A stretch of DNA of 64,000 nt, from positions 1,357-65,356 of the forward strand of contig CAYTJA010000088.1 of NCBI GenBank assembly GCA_964437835.1, written 5' to 3'. Below are positions 26,913 through 40,312 of this stretch, piece by piece (within the stretch, counting starts at the first letter, position 1; every line of letters starts with the position of its first letter). Source of the stretch: an uncultured Spirochaetales bacterium (GTDB taxonomy: Bacteria > Myxococcota_A > UBA9160 > SMWR01). The notes under the pieces were generated by a model, which was not told the DNA's origin, did no database searches, and saw only the letters and a program-made list of their open reading frames with translations. The translations under genes were made by a program, and so were the position numbers.

Positions 26913-28742
26913 CTATCGGGCGCCCCCGCCCGTGCCGGATGCGCGCGCCGGCGTCGCGGAGAGCGGCTCGATCCCCGCGCGTACGAGCCACTCGGAGCGC
27001 ACTGCGATGAACGAGTTCGCCGCGACGGCGCCGCCCGGAAACCACTCCGATCCGGTCACGACGTTGCCCCATTGCAGGTCGACGGCGGTGAAGCCCAGCG
27101 CAGCGAGCTCCGAGATCCGCTCCGGAGGCCACCACCACAGGTCGAAGAGCAGGTCGGGCTCCGGAAGGCCGCAGCGCTTGCGAGCCGCAGGTAGCTGCTT
27201 CAGGAACTGCAGCGAGCTGACTGCCAGACCGCCCGAGGTTCTGCGCGCGCGCGCGTAGACCGGGCAATCCACGACCGAGCGCTCGACGAGACCCGCGTAG
27301 TCCACGAAGTGGAAGCGCCCGAAGGACGCGCGCGCGAGGTGATAGGGCACGATTCCCATCTGCAGGCTCGCGATCACGACCGGAACCTGCTTGTGCGCAG
27401 CGATGCGCTGCGCGAGCTGCTGCAGGCGGCCGATCACCGCGAGATCGCGCAGATTGGGCCGCGAGCGCCGCTCGAACCAGCCGAGTTTCCGGCCGAGCAG
27501 CGTATCGGGCAGCTCGGGCCGCACCCAGATCGGGAGGCTGGTCGACTCGCGCGCCGCGAAGCGCAGCGTGTCTGCGACTCCGATCGCGGCGAGCAGGGCG
27601 ACGGCTGCGGCGAAGCTGCGCCTCCCGCGCAGGATGCCGTCGAGGCCAACCGCTGCGAGCGCGAGCGAGAGCGGCATGAACATCGCGAAGAAACGCCCAC
27701 CTTCCATCCAGTCCCCGGTGCCGAGCACGAAGGCCGCGCAGGCGCCGAAGCACAGCAGCGCGAGTCGAGGCGCCGGGTCCGGCAGCGCTCCGCGCAGCGC
27801 CCGCCGCGCGAGGCGGGCACAGCCCAGGGCCGCGAGCAGCGCGAGGAACAGCATCCAGGGATGCGAGGCGACGCACCACGCGTAGTACGCGAGTCCCTGC
27901 TGCAGGGACGCCCAGGCGAGGCCTGCGGACTTCGCGTAGACGGGCTGCGGGAGCAGCCGCCCGAAATACAGCCAGCGGAAGCCGAGCAACAGCGCGGTCT
28001 CGAGCGCGGCGACGAGCGCGAGCTGCGCGAGTCGCCGCAGCTGCGAGTCGCTGCCTTCGCGCGCTCGGGCGCCGCCGCGCGCGCGATCCAAGAGCGCCCA
28101 TCCGAGCACTCCGAGCAGCGCGCAGCCAGCGAGGATCGGGCCCTCGGGTCGCACCAGCAGCAGCAGCGCCGTCGCGAGGGACGCGCGCGCGAGGCCCGCG
28201 CGCGTCGCCGCAGCCGCGCCGAGCCAATCGCTCCAGCTCGCGAGCACGGCCAGCAGCGAAACTGCGACGAGCGGCGTCTCGATCCCGCCGAAACACCAGT
28301 AGACGAAGTACGCGTTCGTCGCGAGCAGCAGCGCGCTGGCCCATCCTGCCCGTTCGGTCGCGAGGGCCCGGCCGAGCCGAAACGCGAGCGGGACCGCACA
28401 CCCCCCGATCGCGAGCATCGCGACATGCCCGAGCGCGACCGGCTCGAGCATGCGCGCGCTCGCCAGCCGCAGGGCGGCGATCAGCAGCGTGGCCAGCAGG
28501 CTCGAGCTCTGCTCGACGCGCTCGCCATTGTAGTTCCAGAGCTCGCCGTACTCCGAGAGACTGAACGCGCTCCAGTAGAGGATGTGCGCGTCGTCGCGCC
28601 CGGCGGCGGGGAAGAGCGCGAAGCCCTGCAGCAGCAGCAGAGCGGCGGGCGCGAGCGGCGCGGCGCGGCGCAGCCGGCTGCGGCGGTCGCGGGCTGCGCG
28701 GCGCGCGACTTCCGGCTGCGACTCCGGGGGCCGGAGCGGCAC
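26913..28742 (-). CDS. Large polytopic membrane protein, GT-C-like (putative lipid-linked glycosyl/arabinosyl-type transferase)
   Basis: About 12 hydrophobic segments with an acidic DD in the first predicted loop (AGRDDAHILYWSAF), then a ~230-aa soluble C-terminal domain. The GTG at 28742 shares 1 nt with the gpmI stop. The function call is weak. Confidence 0.5.
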   Translation of the reverse strand: MPLRPPESQPEVARRAARDRRSRLRRAAPLAPAALLLLQGFALFPAAGRDDAHILYWSAFSLSEYGELWNYNGERVEQSSSLLATLLIAALRLASARMLEPVALGHVAMLAIGGCAVPLAFRLGRALATERAGWASALLLATNAYFVYWCFGGIETPLVAVSLLAVLASWSDWLGAAAATRAGLARASLATALLLLVRPEGPILAGCALLGVLGWALLDRARGGARAREGSDSQLRRLAQLALVAALETALLLGFRWLYFGRLLPQPVYAKSAGLAWASLQQGLAYYAWCVASHPWMLFLALLAALGCARLARRALRGALPDPAPRLALLCFGACAAFVLGTGDWMEGGRFFAMFMPLSLALAAVGLDGILRGRRSFAAAVALLAAIGVADTLRFAARESTSLPIWVRPELPDTLLGRKLGWFERRSRPNLRDLAVIGRLQQLAQRIAAHKQVPVVIASLQMGIVPYHLARASFGRFHFVDYAGLVERSVVDCPVYARARRTSGGLAVSSLQFLKQLPAARKRCGLPEPDLLFDLWWWPPERISELAALGFTAVDLQWGNVVTGSEWFPGGAVAANSFIAVRSEWLVRAGIEPLSATPARASGTGGGAR

Positions 28743-30271
28743 TAGCCGATCAGCGATCGCCCGGTCATCTCGGCCGGCCTCGGGATCTCCATCAGCTGGA
28801 GCACGGTCGGCGCGAGGTCTGCGAGGCCGCCGTCGCGGAGCACCCGGCCGGGCGAATCGGCGGCGATCCAGAGCAGCGGAACCGGATTCGTCGTGTGCGC
28901 CGTGTGGGGCTCGCCGGTCGCGGGGTCGAGCATCTGCTCGCAGTTGCCGTGGTCGGCCGTGATCAGCGCGCAGCCGCCGCGCGCGAGCAACGCCTCGCAG
29001 ATCTGCTCGAGCCCCTTGTCGATCGTCTCGACGGCTTTGACAGCGGCGTCGAGCACGCCCGTGTGGCCGACCATATCCGGGTTGGCGTAGTTGAGCAGGA
29101 TGAAGGCGTAGTCTCCGTTGCGGATCCGCTCGACCACGGTCTCCGTGACCTGATAGGCGCTCATCTCGGGCTTGTGGTCGTAGGTCGCGACATCGCGCGG
29201 GGAGGGGATCAGCACGCGTTCCTCGCCGGGAAAGGGCGCTTCGACGCCGCCGTTGAAGAAGAAGGTCACGTGCGCGTATTTCTCGGTTTCGGCGATGCGC
29301 AGCTGCGGCAGCTCGAGCTCGGCCAGCACCTCGGCGAGGATCTGGCGCGGCCTGTTCGGTGTGAATACGACAGGCAGTCCGAATTCCGCGTCGTACTCCG
29401 TCAGGCACACGAACGCGGCAAGGCGCGGGGGGCGCTCGCGCCAGCTGCCGGCGTCCATGCGGCCGGGCAATGCGCCGGTCAGCGCGTTCGTGATCTGGCG
29501 CGCGCGGTCGGCGCGGTAGTTGAAAAAGAAGCAGACGTCGCCGTCGGCGATGGCCGCGCCTCCGGAGACGACGGTAGGCTGCACGAACTCGTCCGTCTCG
29601 CCGCGCGCGTAGGCCGCGCGCAGCGCGGCGACCGCGTCGGGAGCCTGCTGGCCGCGGCGCAGCACGAGCGCCGCGTAGGCGCGCCCGATGCGGTCCCAGC
29701 GGTTGTCGCGGTCCATCGCGAAATAGCGGCCGCTGACGGTTGCGATCTGGCCGCCCGCGCGCGCGACGACGGGCAGCAGCTGCTCGACATAGCGCAGCCC
29801 CGAAGCGGGTGGTGTATCGCGCCCGTCGAGGAACGCGTGCACGACCGTCCGGATGCCGCGCTCGCGGCAGAAGTCGAGGATCGCGTAGAGATGTTCCTGG
29901 TGACTGTGCACGCCGCCGTCCGAGACGAGGCCGAGCAGGTGCAGGCGTCCGCCGCTCTGCGCGAGCTTCGCGAGCGCATCCTGCAGCGCCGGATTTCGCG
30001 CCAGCTCGCCGCGCGCCAGCGCGCTCGTGATGCGCGTCAGGTCCATCTCGATGATGCGGCCCGCACCCATCGTCATGTGGCCGACTTCGGAGTTTCCCAT
30101 CTGGCCCGGCGGGAGGCCTACGGCTTCGCCCGAGGTCTCGACCTTCGCGTAGGGGTACTGGCGCCGCGCGCGGTCCAGGAAGGGGGTGTGCGCGAGTGCG
30201 GTTGCATCGCTGGGGCCGGCATCCCCGATCCCGAATCCATCCAGCACGATCAGCATCACCGGCTGCGTCAT
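28742..30271 (-). CDS. gpmI: 2,3-bisphosphoglycerate-independent phosphoglycerate mutase
   Basis: MLIVLDGFG...PGQMGNSEVGHMTMGAGR... and C-terminal ITADHGNCE motifs. 509 aa. Confidence 0.95.
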   Translation of the reverse strand: MTQPVMLIVLDGFGIGDAGPSDATALAHTPFLDRARRQYPYAKVETSGEAVGLPPGQMGNSEVGHMTMGAGRIIEMDLTRITSALARGELARNPALQDALAKLAQSGGRLHLLGLVSDGGVHSHQEHLYAILDFCRERGIRTVVHAFLDGRDTPPASGLRYVEQLLPVVARAGGQIATVSGRYFAMDRDNRWDRIGRAYAALVLRRGQQAPDAVAALRAAYARGETDEFVQPTVVSGGAAIADGDVCFFFNYRADRARQITNALTGALPGRMDAGSWRERPPRLAAFVCLTEYDAEFGLPVVFTPNRPRQILAEVLAELELPQLRIAETEKYAHVTFFFNGGVEAPFPGEERVLIPSPRDVATYDHKPEMSAYQVTETVVERIRNGDYAFILLNYANPDMVGHTGVLDAAVKAVETIDKGLEQICEALLARGGCALITADHGNCEQMLDPATGEPHTAHTTNPVPLLWIAADSPGRVLRDGGLADLAPTVLQLMEIPRPAEMTGRSLIG

Positions 30272-30756
30272 CGCTGCAGGGCTCCCCGCTCTGCGGCCTC
30301 CGCTTCCGCGACACTCGGCAGCCGCAGCTCGGTCGCGTCGCTCCAGAGCCGCTCGAGGTCGTAGTGCTCGCGCACGTCTTCCTGGAACACGTGCACGATC
30401 AGGTCGCCGAAGTCGAGCAGGATCCAGCGGCCCTCCTCGTAGCCCTCGTGGCCGAGCGGCTGCTCGCCGGTCTCGGCGAGCGCGTGCTTCACTGCGTCGG
30501 CAATCGCGCGCACCTGGCGGTCCGAGCCGCCGGTCGCGAGCACGAAGGTGTCGGCATAGGAAGTCAGCTCGCGCACGTCGAAGGCGACGAGCTTTTGCGC
30601 CTTGCGCTCGAGCGCCGCACGCGCGGCGCGGTCTGCGCGCGCGAGCTGTGCCTCGGGGGTCGGCCCGCCGGTCGGGCGCGGCTGCGCACTGCGCGCGGCC
30701 GCATTTCTGGGCGTCGGGATCGGCTCCCTATTCTGAATGCGTCGACCCGGTGTCAT
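30268..30756 (-). CDS. rsfS: Ribosome silencing factor RsfS (iojap-like)
   Basis: KLVAFDVRELTSYADTFVLATGGSDRQVRAIADAV...WILLDFGDLIVHVFQEDVREHYDLERLW. ATGA overlaps at both ends. Confidence 0.9.
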   Translation of the reverse strand: MTPGRRIQNREPIPTPRNAAARSAQPRPTGGPTPEAQLARADRAARAALERKAQKLVAFDVRELTSYADTFVLATGGSDRQVRAIADAVKHALAETGEQPLGHEGYEEGRWILLDFGDLIVHVFQEDVREHYDLERLWSDATELRLPSVAEAEAAERGALQR

Positions 30757-31466
30757 GCGTAGACCCCACTGCGCTCCACGGCAACCCGCACGGCTTCCGG
30801 GAGCAGATAGCGCACCGAGCGCCCCTGCCGCAGGCGCGCTCGGATCTCGGAGGCGGAGATGTCGAGTGCGGCGATCTCGACCAGGCAGAGTTCGGTACCG
30901 GCCGCGCGGTGCCGCCCGCGCTGCCCGCCCGGCTCGAGTTCGACATCGCCGCGCAGCGGCTCGGGCAGCCAGTCCGCGAGGGTGCCCGTCCGGGCCGGCG
31001 GGCGAGACATCACCGCGAAGTGCGCGAGCTCGAGCAGCTGGCGCGGCTGCTTCCAGCTGCCGAGCTCGGCGAAGGCGTCCTGGCCGATCACGAAGGTCGG
31101 GAGCTCCGGTGCCGTCTGGCGGCCGATCTCGCGCAGCGTGTCGACCGTGTAGGACGCGCCCTGGCGCGCGAGCTCGAGCTCGTCGACCTCGAAGCGAGGA
31201 TTGTCGGCCACAGCCGCGCGCACCCAGGCGAGGCGCGCGTGTGCGGGCGCGAGTGGCCCCGACTCCGCAATGCCGGCCGGCGCGCCCGCGTGCGCAGCGT
31301 GGTCGCCCTTGTGTGGAGGCACTGCGCAGGGCACGAAGAGCATTCGATCGAGCTCGAGGCGCTCGGCGATCTCTTCGGCCGCGCGCAGGTGCCCCAGATG
31401 GATCGGGTTGAAGGTGCCGCCGTAGATTCCGATGCGCCGGCCGGCGCGGCTCGTGTGCGCGCTCAT
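30753..31466 (-). CDS. nadD: Nicotinate-nucleotide adenylyltransferase
   Basis: IGIYGGTFNPIHLGHL (HxGH motif) ... ISASEIRARL (ISSTxxR-like motif). The ATG at 31466 overlaps the proA stop. Confidence 0.9.
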   Translation of the reverse strand: MSAHTSRAGRRIGIYGGTFNPIHLGHLRAAEEIAERLELDRMLFVPCAVPPHKGDHAAHAGAPAGIAESGPLAPAHARLAWVRAAVADNPRFEVDELELARQGASYTVDTLREIGRQTAPELPTFVIGQDAFAELGSWKQPRQLLELAHFAVMSRPPARTGTLADWLPEPLRGDVELEPGGQRGRHRAAGTELCLVEIAALDISASEIRARLRQGRSVRYLLPEAVRVAVERSGVYA

Positions 31467-32719
31467 TCGCGGAGCTGGCCGTCCCCGTAGAGCACGAACT
31501 TGAGCGCCGTCAGTCCCTGCAGGCCCATCGGGCCGTAGGCGTGCAGCTTCGAGGTCGAAATGCCGATCTCGGCGCCGAGTCCGAGGCGCTGGCCGTCGGC
31601 GAATGCGGTCGAGCAGTTGACGCCGACGGTCGACGAATTCACGCGCCGCAGGAACTGCTGGGCGTTCGCATAGCTCTCGGTGACGATGATCTCGGTGTGA
31701 GAGGAGCCGTAATGACGGATGTGCGCGATCGCGGCCTCGAGGTCGTCGACCACGCGCACCGCGAGGATCGGGCCGAGGAACTCCTCGTACCAGTCTTGTT
31801 CGCTCGCGGGGAGCGCCGAGCCGAAGGCGGCGCGCACGGCGTCGTCCCCGCGGATCTCGATGCCTGCTTCGCCCAGCGCCTTCAGCACGTCGGGCAGCAG
31901 GCGCGCGGCGGCGTCGCGGTGTACGAGCAGCGTCTCGAGCCCGTTGCAGACCGCCATCTGCCGGACCTTCGAGTCGAGCACGATGCGCCGACCCATCTCG
32001 AGATCCGCGCTCGCGTCCAGGAACACGTGACACACGCCGGCGTCGTGCTTGATGACCGGGATGCGAGATTTCTCGGTGACCGCGCGGATCAGGCCCGGCC
32101 CGCCGCGCGGAATGATCAGATCGATGAATTCGTCGAGCACGAGCAGATGCTCGATCACCGCACGATCCGTGACGGGCACGACCGCGACCGCAGCCTCGGG
32201 CAGGCCCGTCTCCCGGGCCGCGCGCCGGAGCGATGCGGCGAGCGCGAGATTCGAGTGGATCGCCTCCGAGCCGCCGCGCAGGATCACGCAGTTGCCGGCC
32301 TTGACGCAGAGCGCGGCGGCGTCGACGGTGACGTTCGGCCGCGACTCATAGACCATGCCGATCACGCCGAGCGGAATCCGCATGCGCCCGACGCGCAGCC
32401 CGTTCGGGCGCACCCAGATCGACTCGATGCCGCCCACCGGATCGGGAAGGGCCGCGACCTCGCGCAGGCCGCGCAGCATGTCTTGCCACTTGCCGCCCGC
32501 GAGCTCGAGGCGCTTGCGCATCGGCTCGGCCACGCCCGCGGCAGCCGCGGCCTCGAGGTCGCGGCGATTCGCCGCGAGGATCTGCTCGCGATCCTGCTCG
32601 AGGCACTCGGCGGAGCGCAGCAGCCAGGCGTCCTTCTCGAGCGAGCCGAGCTCCGACATGCGCAGGCAGGCGTCGCGCGCCTGCCGCGCGATCTCGCGCG
32701 TCTGCTCTGCGAGGTTCAT
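31463..32719 (-). CDS. proA: Gamma-glutamyl phosphate reductase
   Basis: 418 aa, aldehyde-dehydrogenase fold. Typical ...ILAANRRDLEAA... and ...GSSHTEIIVTES...VNCSTAFADG motifs. Confidence 0.95.
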   Translation of the reverse strand: MNLAEQTREIARQARDACLRMSELGSLEKDAWLLRSAECLEQDREQILAANRRDLEAAAAAGVAEPMRKRLELAGGKWQDMLRGLREVAALPDPVGGIESIWVRPNGLRVGRMRIPLGVIGMVYESRPNVTVDAAALCVKAGNCVILRGGSEAIHSNLALAASLRRAARETGLPEAAVAVVPVTDRAVIEHLLVLDEFIDLIIPRGGPGLIRAVTEKSRIPVIKHDAGVCHVFLDASADLEMGRRIVLDSKVRQMAVCNGLETLLVHRDAAARLLPDVLKALGEAGIEIRGDDAVRAAFGSALPASEQDWYEEFLGPILAVRVVDDLEAAIAHIRHYGSSHTEIIVTESYANAQQFLRRVNSSTVGVNCSTAFADGQRLGLGAEIGISTSKLHAYGPMGLQGLTALKFVLYGDGQLRE

Positions 32720-32751
32720 GAGATTGCTCCTGTCCGATGCCCTGCGTTCGG

Positions 32752-35231
<2,480 letters not shown>

Positions 35232-35288
35232 CTTGCCTCTGACGCGCCCTGGTCGGGCCGAGAAAGAACGTGCGCGCCCCGGGTCGGG

Positions 35289-35537
35289 CTACGCAAGGAC
35301 CTGCGCGACCACGCGACCCCGGGAGCGGCCGTAGCTCACCTTGCCGTCGATCAGCGCGAAGAGCGTGTAGTCACGGCCGAGGCCGACGTTGCGACCCGGG
35401 TGGATCTGGGTGCCGCGCTGGCGCACCAGGATCGAGCCGGCGCTCACCTGCTCGCCGCCGAAAATCTTCATGCCACGGCGCTGCCCGTGGCTGTCGCGCC
35501 CGTTGCGGGAGCTTCCCTGCCCTTTCTTGTGTGCCAT
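35289..35537 (-). CDS. rpmA: 50S ribosomal protein L27
   Basis: [31 protein letters not shown]... is a canonical L27 N-terminus. Confidence 0.97.
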   Translation of the reverse strand: MAHKKGQGSSRNGRDSHGQRRGMKIFGGEQVSAGSILVRQRGTQIHPGRNVGLGRDYTLFALIDGKVSYGRSRGRVVAQVLA

Positions 35538-35540
35538 GGC

Positions 35541-35851
35541 CTAACCCTCGATCGCGTCGACGCGAATTTCGGTGTAGAACTGCCGGTGACCCTGCTTGCG
35601 CCGGTAGTTGTTGCGCCGCTTGACCTTGAAGAGCGTGAGCTTCGGGCCGCGTGCCTGCGCGGTGATCGTGCCGAGCACGCGCGCGCCCGCGAGCGTGGGC
35701 GTGCCCACCTTCGCGTCGCCTTCGCCTGCCACGAGCAGCACATCTCCGAGCTCGACGCTGTCTCCCACCTGGCCGGGGAGCTTCTCGACGCGCACGCGCT
35801 TGCCGGGCTCGACGCGCAGCTGCTTGCTGCCGGTGCGGACTACCGCGTACA

Positions 35852-35852
<1 letters not shown>
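35541..35852 (-). CDS. rplU: 50S ribosomal protein L21
   Basis: MYAVVRTGSKQLRVEPG...KRRNNYRRKQGHRQ. It lies directly upstream of rpmA. Confidence 0.97.
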
Positions 35853-37735
<1,883 letters not shown>

Positions 37736-38176
37736 GGGATTCTGCCTCCGGCGTTGGCGCGCCAGACCGTCGCGGGATCCAGTGATCGCAGACTGTCGAT
37801 TCACGCGCCGGAGCCGGGCCCCGGCGCAGCGGCGGGGCTCAGGGCGGGCTGGACGCTCCAGTCAGAAGCACCAGCTGGACGGGACCGCATCGACGGGTCC
37901 CGAAAATCCTCACGAACGGGCTGACTCGCACAGGAAGTCGCTCTTTCAGTGCGGTTCCGCCGGGCGGCCCAGGCTCACAGAGCTCGAATCTCGAACTCCG
38001 CCGAATGCCCGCAGCTACCACTTCCGTCGCCCGCTGGCCCGGTGAACTTTTCGACCGGGACCGGCTGTCGAGTCCTCCCCGGTAGCTGCCCCGCCACCCG
38101 TCAGGCACTCGATCCCGAGCTGTCGGAAGTCGCGTGTCCGCTCCGCGGACCGCACAAAAACCTAGACTCAGATCTT
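37736..38176 (-). promoter_or_regulatory. Structured ~440-nt spacer between divergent RNase E/G and selA (candidate RNase E/G 5' leader)
   Basis: Seen in sequence: a 7-bp hairpin (37880-37902), a near-palindrome GAGCTCGA-ATC-TCGAACTC (37980-37998), and a 9-bp long-range stem GCAGCTACC/GGTAGCTGC (38011-38019 / 38081-38089) enclosing the hairpin CCCGGT-N10-ACCGGG (38038-38059). The strand and function are inferred. Confidence 0.3.
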
Positions 38177-39598
38177 ATGAGCCCGTTCCGCGAGCGCAAG
38201 CCGGACGCCCGGCGCCACCTGCCGGCGGTCGATCGGCTGGCCGATACCGTCGCCGCGACTGCGGCGGAGCTACCGCGCTGGGCGGTGCTGCGTGCGGTCC
38301 GCGAGGTCCTGACCCGAGTTCGCACAGCGGGGGGCCTGGATCCGCATACCGCGGCCGAACATATCGAAAAAGTCCCGCTAGAACAGGAACTTGCCACGCA
38401 CGCACGTGAGCGCGCGCGGGTGCTCGCGCGGGTGCGGCCGCGGGCCGTAATCAATGCGACCGGAATCGCATTGCATACGAATCTCGGCCGCGCGCCCCTC
38501 GCGCCGGGCGCGATTGCAGCCGCGGTCGAGGCCGCCGGATTTTCGGACCTCGAGCTCGATCTGGAGAGCGGGGCGCGGGATTCACGCGAGGCTGCGGTCG
38601 CAGAGCGCCTCTGCCTGCTGTCGGGCGCGGAGGCCGCCCATGCGGTCAACAACAACGCAGCTGCGCTGTTCCTCGCGCTGGATACGATCGCCGCGGGCCG
38701 CGAGGTGATCGTCTCGCGCGGCGAGCTGGTCGAGATCGGTGGCTCGTTCCGGGTTCCCGAGATCATGTCGCGCGCGCGCGTCCGGCTGGTCGAGGTCGGC
38801 ACGACGAATCGCACTCGTTGCGAGGACTACGCGGCCGCGATCGGTCCGGAGACGGGTCTGCTGCTCAAGGTCCACCGCAGTAACTTCGAGCTGCGCGGCT
38901 TCGTCGCCGAGGCATCGCTGTCCGAGCTCGCGGAGCTCGGCCGCGCGCGCGGGCTGCCCGTGGTCGAGGATCTCGGCAGTGGAACGCTGTTGGATTTGCG
39001 GGATCGCGGTTTCCCGGCCGAATCCTACGTCCCCGCACGGCTGAAGCTCGGTGCAGACCTCGTCTGCTTCTCTGGCGACAAGCTCCTCGGGGGACCGCAG
39101 GCAGGCATCCTGCTCGGGACGGCCGAACGTGTCGCTGCATTGGCGCGCAACCCGCTGGCTCGCGCACTGCGCCTGGATAAGCTGACACTGGCCGCCCTCG
39201 ACTGGACCCTCGGGGCATACCTCGACGGCAGCGCAGAGCGCGAGATTCCGCTGCTCCGGATGCTGCTCGCGGCGCCCGAGCAGCTCGAGCGCCGCGCGCA
39301 GAGCCTCTCGGCGCGCCTCGCGGACGCTGCGGCGGGGCGCCTCGCGCTCTCGGTGCGGCCGGAGCGTGCGGAGATCGGGGGAGGGACGCTCCCTGGCGTC
39401 GCGCTCGACACCTGGGTCGTCGCGCTCGAAGCCCCCGGAGGCGCCGAGGCGCTCGCCAGGCGCCTGCGCGCCGCTCCCATGCCCGTCGTCGCGCGGATCC
39501 GCGACGATCGCGTGCTGCTCGACCTCCGGACGCTTTCCGAGGCGGACGAGACCGCGCTCGTCTCGAGCCTGAAGGCCGCGCTAGATGCAGCCGGATAG
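38177..39598 (+). CDS. selA: L-seryl-tRNA(Sec) selenium transferase
   Basis: VINATGIALHTNLGRAPL...VNNNAAALFLAL...VSRGELVEIGGSFRVPEIM...FSGDKLLGGPQAGIL (PLP-lysine motif). ATG 38177 was chosen, and the listed upstream extension is rejected. Confidence 0.9.
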   Translation: MSPFRERKPDARRHLPAVDRLADTVAATAAELPRWAVLRAVREVLTRVRTAGGLDPHTAAEHIEKVPLEQELATHARERARVLARVRPRAVINATGIALHTNLGRAPLAPGAIAAAVEAAGFSDLELDLESGARDSREAAVAERLCLLSGAEAAHAVNNNAAALFLALDTIAAGREVIVSRGELVEIGGSFRVPEIMSRARVRLVEVGTTNRTRCEDYAAAIGPETGLLLKVHRSNFELRGFVAEASLSELAELGRARGLPVVEDLGSGTLLDLRDRGFPAESYVPARLKLGADLVCFSGDKLLGGPQAGILLGTAERVAALARNPLARALRLDKLTLAALDWTLGAYLDGSAEREIPLLRMLLAAPEQLERRAQSLSARLADAAAGRLALSVRPERAEIGGGTLPGVALDTWVVALEAPGGAEALARRLRAAPMPVVARIRDDRVLLDLRTLSEADETALVSSLKAALDAAG

Positions 39599-39658
39599 GA
39601 TTTCTCGACGGGGGCTGGCGCTCGGACGCAACTTCCGGGCTAACATGGTGTCTCGACG

Positions 39659-40258
39659 GTGATGCTGAACTCCAGTGTTCTGGTTCTGAACCGCTCTTTC
39701 TTGCCGGTCCATGTGACTTCGGTGCGGCGCGCTTTCGCCCTGATCTTCCAGGACGTCGCAAGAGCCGTGAACGAAAACTATGAGACCTTCGACTTCGAGG
39801 CCTGGATGCTCCTGCCGGCGGAGGCAGCCGAGACGATTGGAACGCCCCGCGGGCGGATTCGCGTGCCGCGCGTGATCGCGCTCCCGGGCTTCGACCGCGT
39901 CCCGCGCCGCAGCGTGCGCTACAGCCGCATGAACGTACTCGCGCGCGACAAGTTCACCTGTCAGTACTGCGGCGAGCGCCCGCACCGATCGCTGCTCAAT
40001 CTCGACCACGTCGTGCCGCGCGCGCTCGGTGGCAGGACGACCTGGGAGAACGTCGTCTGCAGCTGCGTCGAATGCAATCGGCGCAAGGGCGGCCGCACGC
40101 CCGAGCAGGCGAAGCTGCGGCTCCAGAGGCACCCGGAGCGCCCACACTGGATGCCGCTCTTCAGCCTCGGGCGTCAGTCGGGGCAACAAGCGGCGTGGCG
40201 GCCCTTTCTGGGGGTCGTCGACGGCGGGGTGAGAAGCCATTCACCCGGGAGCGACTAG
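39659..40258 (+). CDS. HNH endonuclease-domain protein
   Basis: CQYCGER...LNLDHVVPRALGGRTTWENVVCSCVECNRRKG (HNH with a Cys4 zinc site). Confidence 0.85.
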   Translation: MMLNSSVLVLNRSFLPVHVTSVRRAFALIFQDVARAVNENYETFDFEAWMLLPAEAAETIGTPRGRIRVPRVIALPGFDRVPRRSVRYSRMNVLARDKFTCQYCGERPHRSLLNLDHVVPRALGGRTTWENVVCSCVECNRRKGGRTPEQAKLRLQRHPERPHWMPLFSLGRQSGQQAAWRPFLGVVDGGVRSHSPGSD

Positions 40259-40312
40259 CGCGGTACTGCGCGACATGAACTAGACCGAGAGAGGCGAAGG
40301 GGGGTGTCTCTC

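Noticed and set aside
26913-30314. Composite giant ORFs in the track (1133 aa here; also 6326-8590, 7474-9609, 16572-19421, 30753-32033, 32752-34380, 41813-43690, 45762-47780, 47006-50443, 51105-52676).
   Set aside because: Only the C-terminal part matches a protein family. The N-terminal part is an alternate-frame read-through of the upstream gene (here gpmI). Stop/start overlaps (ATGA/GTGA) and SD sequences mark the real starts.
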